Assembly (NCBI GenBank): GCA_964016885.1
Contig: OZ024744.1
Location: 53,692,001-53,756,000, forward strand
Direction of reading: 5' to 3'
Length of the DNA stretch: 64,000 bases
Source of the DNA: Eledone cirrhosa
Lineage: Eukaryota
The position numbers and the translations under genes are program-made. Position 1 is the stretch's first letter. The number at the start of each line of letters is the position of its first letter. Positions 60,335-64,000 of the stretch are shown piece by piece. The notes under the pieces were generated by a model, which did not search any database, was not told the DNA's origin, and worked only from the letters and a program-made list of their open reading frames with translations.

Positions 60335-61466
60335 TACAGACCAGGTCCGTAAACAATTAATCAGCTTCTTCGGCGACTGCGGATTTAAAATAACCCTACA
60401 AACGTCCCTAACCGGAGTAAACTTCCTGGATGTTACCTTTAACCTCGATAATGATCTGTACTACCCATACAGGAAACCAAACGACAACCTGCATTACATC
60501 CACCGCCGGTCGAACCATCCTAGAAACATCCCCAATAACCTGGTTAAAAACATCTCCCTGCGCATATCTCGTTTGTCCGCTAATGAGCAGATATCCGACG
60601 AACATGCGCCTTATTACAACCAGGCCCTCAAACGGAGTGGCTTCCGGGGGGAAATATCCTATTATCCAGCTTCCATTAGCGGAACCAGCAGGCGACACCA
60701 CCGCTCACGCAACGTAACGTCGTTCAATCATCCCCATAATGCCGAGGTGACAACACGTATCGGGAAAATCTTCTTTAGGCTCATCGAAAAACACTTCCCA
60801 CTACAACACCGCTACCACAACATAATAAAAAAAAACACCATCAAACTCTCCTACAGCACCACACCTAACTTCGCACAAAACATCGTCTCCTCTAACAACA
60901 AAAAACTCAACCCCTATGGAAGAAATAACCTAGACAGCAATGGAGAGCCGACCAGGAGGTGTAACTGTCCTGATAGATCACTTTGCCCCCTCAACAACAG
61001 ATGCCGAGATCGTAATGTGATCTACCAGTGCAACGTGAGGACGGACACCTCCAACAAAGCTTATATAGGATTAAGCGATTGTGGCTTCAAGACCCGGCTC
61101 TACCTACGCAGTCATACTTTCCGAAACCCGGCCCGGCGTCATGCCACTACACTTTCGGGCCACATCTGGGACCTCAAAGATAATAATATAACCTACAATC
61201 TCCCTTGGACCTTACTGTCCAGAGCTAACTCTTACACGGGAGGACGCCGTCAGTGTAACTTATGCTCGGAGGAAACATTACAAATGCTGTTTTCGAAAGA
61301 CCAACTCCTAAACAAGAAAGACGAACTGGTAACCGCATACAAACACAGATTGCGTAGGACTTACCTCGCCCTCAAACCCCATAATGACCCGGGGGTTAGA
61401 CAATGATGAAACACCCCACTTGCCGATTTTGTAAGGGGTAACCCCTGCTTACAAAGGTAGACGTAA

Positions 61467-61470
<4 letters not shown>
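60335..61470 (+). mobile_element. Penelope-like element, 5'-truncated; uninterrupted RT-thumb plus GIY-YIG ORF (to 61406), Naiad-like
   Basis: VNFLDVTFNL, YPYRKPND, YIHRRSNHP, RISRLS, TIKLSYSTTPN, CNCPDRSLCPLNNRC, VIYQC..AYIG, CNLCSEE and LLNKKDEL. Confidence 0.9.
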
Positions 61471-61506
<36 letters not shown>

Positions 61507-62251
61507 TATATATATATACGCACATACATGTATATATGCGTGTAGTTGTGTGGTTCTGTATGGGTGTGTACCAGAAAAGTGAACAAAGTCCATCTGAAAG
61601 TATAGAGATAGTAGCTGCCTGTAAAATGAAGGAACCGCAAACTTCAAAATTGTGTGTGCTGTTATAGAATTTTCCGTACCTTATTCTGGAAGATCTGGAG
61701 GATCTGGATTCTGTTGCTTGTGTACCTGTAAAATGTTCTTCATATTGCGGCCTTCCCTCAGCTTGTTGATTTCTACGACAGAAATAATTTTTGAAATATC
61801 GTATGCAAATAAGGTCATGTTACAAAATACTATGTTAACAACATACTGAATTTATTGCAGTTTTATAGGAAGTACTTTGAAATTCTTCTATCTCTTACGG
61901 AATTTGCTTGCAGTTCTATGAATTACCCATCTTATCAATATTCATAGTTATCCGTCCTAACGCGTTTTCATGTCTATCGCTATCTACCTGTTATGTGTTG
62001 CGCCATTTTGCGGAGAATATTATTAATAAACTGATTTCTTTTTCCCCTCTAAGTGTGAGAACAGGAGTTTAGTTACTAGATCTTGTACTTATTTTCGCTT
62101 TATATTGCTGTAATTTATTTTATTTTTTTCCCTTATTTAACAATTAATCGACATTTTCGTTGTTTTATTTTATTTTATTGTAAATTACTCTTTTCCATTG
62201 TCATATTCTTTAACATAACGGAAATTCGAATACAGTCTTTTTGCTTTGCCC

Positions 62252-62332
<81 letters not shown>

Positions 62333-62371
62333 ATATTAAATAAATGGAAACTATATTTATAAATCCATATT

Positions 62372-62434
62372 TATTCTATTATATATATATTTCAAGGGTA
62401 CCAAAATTTTGGTGCGTTTTCATCAGATAAAATA
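62372..62434 (-). ncRNA. Minimal type-I hammerhead ribozyme (family B)
   Basis: TATTTTAT-CTGATGA-[AAACGCACCAAA at TTTGGTACCCTT]-GAAA-TATATATA-TA-ATAGAATA. Confidence 0.72.
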
Positions 62435-62849
62435 CAAAGATAAATACTCCAGAAAAACTTGTCGAGTGCTCTGAATCAGTTACAGACATTTATATTTGTT
62501 GAATTACCAACAAAATATCCCTTTTGCTTATATATATATATATATATATATATATCTTTCTCTCTCCCAATCAGCCTCTCTCCCTCCCTTTCCCTTTCTC
62601 TGTTTACACACTCTTTCTCTCTTCATTCCTCTCCCTATTTCTCTCTGTTTTCTTTCATCCCACTCCCTCCTCCTCTCTGTCACCCCATCTCTCTTTCTCT
62701 TCATTTTGTCAGTTACATAATCAGAAACCTTACAATGTCTTCTTCACCTCCACAAGGTTTAATCTTCCACGTGCTCCACAACATGACTTTCTCTATCCAT
62801 TCGATTCGTTAGATATAGGCATGCACGCATACTTACGTATTTACCTAAT

Positions 62850-62978
<129 letters not shown>

Positions 62979-63581
62979 CGTTGAGTGCTAGAAGTGAATT
63001 GCATCCTTGCATACCGAATATATATATATATATAAGTTTATCGTTAAAAAAGTGCGACCTATACGCGAGTATATACGATATGTAAAAGGTAAACACAAGT
63101 AGCAACACGGTTGATGCGGTGTGTGTAGGGACTATATTGGATTAACGCTTGGAATAGCAGGAAGAGGGTTTTAGCGTCTCGGACGCTAGTCCTTCATCAG
63201 AGGAAGGAATGAGAAATAAGATAGAATGAAGGGACGGGCGGGGTGGAATTGGAAAAAATGTCTTTAGATAAAAATAACAGGTCCATTCATGTTGACATCT
63301 CTTGGAAAACTTGATGCTGGCGTTTTGTGTATGATTTATTTTTTTAGAAAAGTGGATGATGTTGTATGATGTATATATGTATGTATATGTGTGCATGTAT
63401 ATGTGTGCATGTATATGTACGTGAGCGTGTGTATATGATTTGTGTATGATTTATTTTTTTACAAAAGTGGATGATGTTGTATGTGTGTGTATATGTATAT
63501 GTGTGCATGTATTTGTGAGCATGTATATGTACGTGAGCGCGTGTATATGCGTATGTATGTATATATATATATGTGAGTACA

Positions 63582-63612
<31 letters not shown>

Positions 63613-63797
63613 CATATATATATATGGGTGTGTGCGTGTGTGTATGTGTATATGTGTGTATATGTATGTATGTATAAATATATATATATATATTTGTGTG
63701 TACGTATGTATGTATATCTATGTGTATATATGCGTTGGTGCATACTTATGCACTGGCCTAAATCTTAACTATTATTTACTTTTACTATTTTAATAAC

Positions 63798-64000
63798 AGG
63801 GTGGTGGATTGGCAGTATCCTTAGAGGGTCGAACGCCATGCTTTGCAGCATAGAGTTACGGCCCTTTATGATCTGAGTTCAAATCCCGCCAAGGTTAACT
63901 TTGCCTTTCATCCTTACGGGTTAGATAAAATAAAGTACCAGTCACGCACTGGGTGAATTTAATCGACTTTCCTCTCACCAAAAATTGCTGGCCTTGTGCC
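63798..64000 (+). mobile_element. tRNA-derived SINE (family of 44807-44992), running off the window end
   Basis: GGTGGTGGATTGGCAGTATCC...GAGTTCAAATCCCGCC...TTTGCCTTTCATCCTTACGGG...AAAATAAAGTACCAGT...GCTGGCCTTGTGCC. Confidence 0.9.

Noticed and set aside
63165-63205. Hammerhead-like CTGATGA-A-GGAC tagc GTCC-GAGAC on the minus strand
   Set aside because: Stem II is good, but GAAA is GAGA and no stem I pairing was found. It is at best a dead relic.

Overview
This is non-genic, repeat-saturated animal DNA. The microsatellite load and SINE types are compatible with a cephalopod (octopus-like) genome, which is an inference. No intact host gene is recognisable, and nearly all ORFs in the track are translations of simple repeats. 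The centre (about 16.1-40.1 kb) is a 24-kb satellite of an 8-bp unit (CCACACAG/CCACACAA/CCACACCG) with multi-scale higher-order duplications. The flanks hold decayed transposons: a Rep-deleted Helitron, a head-to-tail array of non-autonomous Helitrons, an hATm-like transposase relic, three Penelope-like (GIY-YIG, Naiad-like) retroelement fragments, CRE-like and other RLE LINEs, RTE relics and tRNA-derived SINEs. The most notable signal is about nine minimal type-I hammerhead ribozyme motifs from three sequence families that share one fold. They sit in fold-back palindromes from under 100 bp to about 7.7 kb, and one lies in a roughly 426-nt terminally redundant, retrozyme-like unit. All structures were folded and aligned by eye and need computational confirmation.
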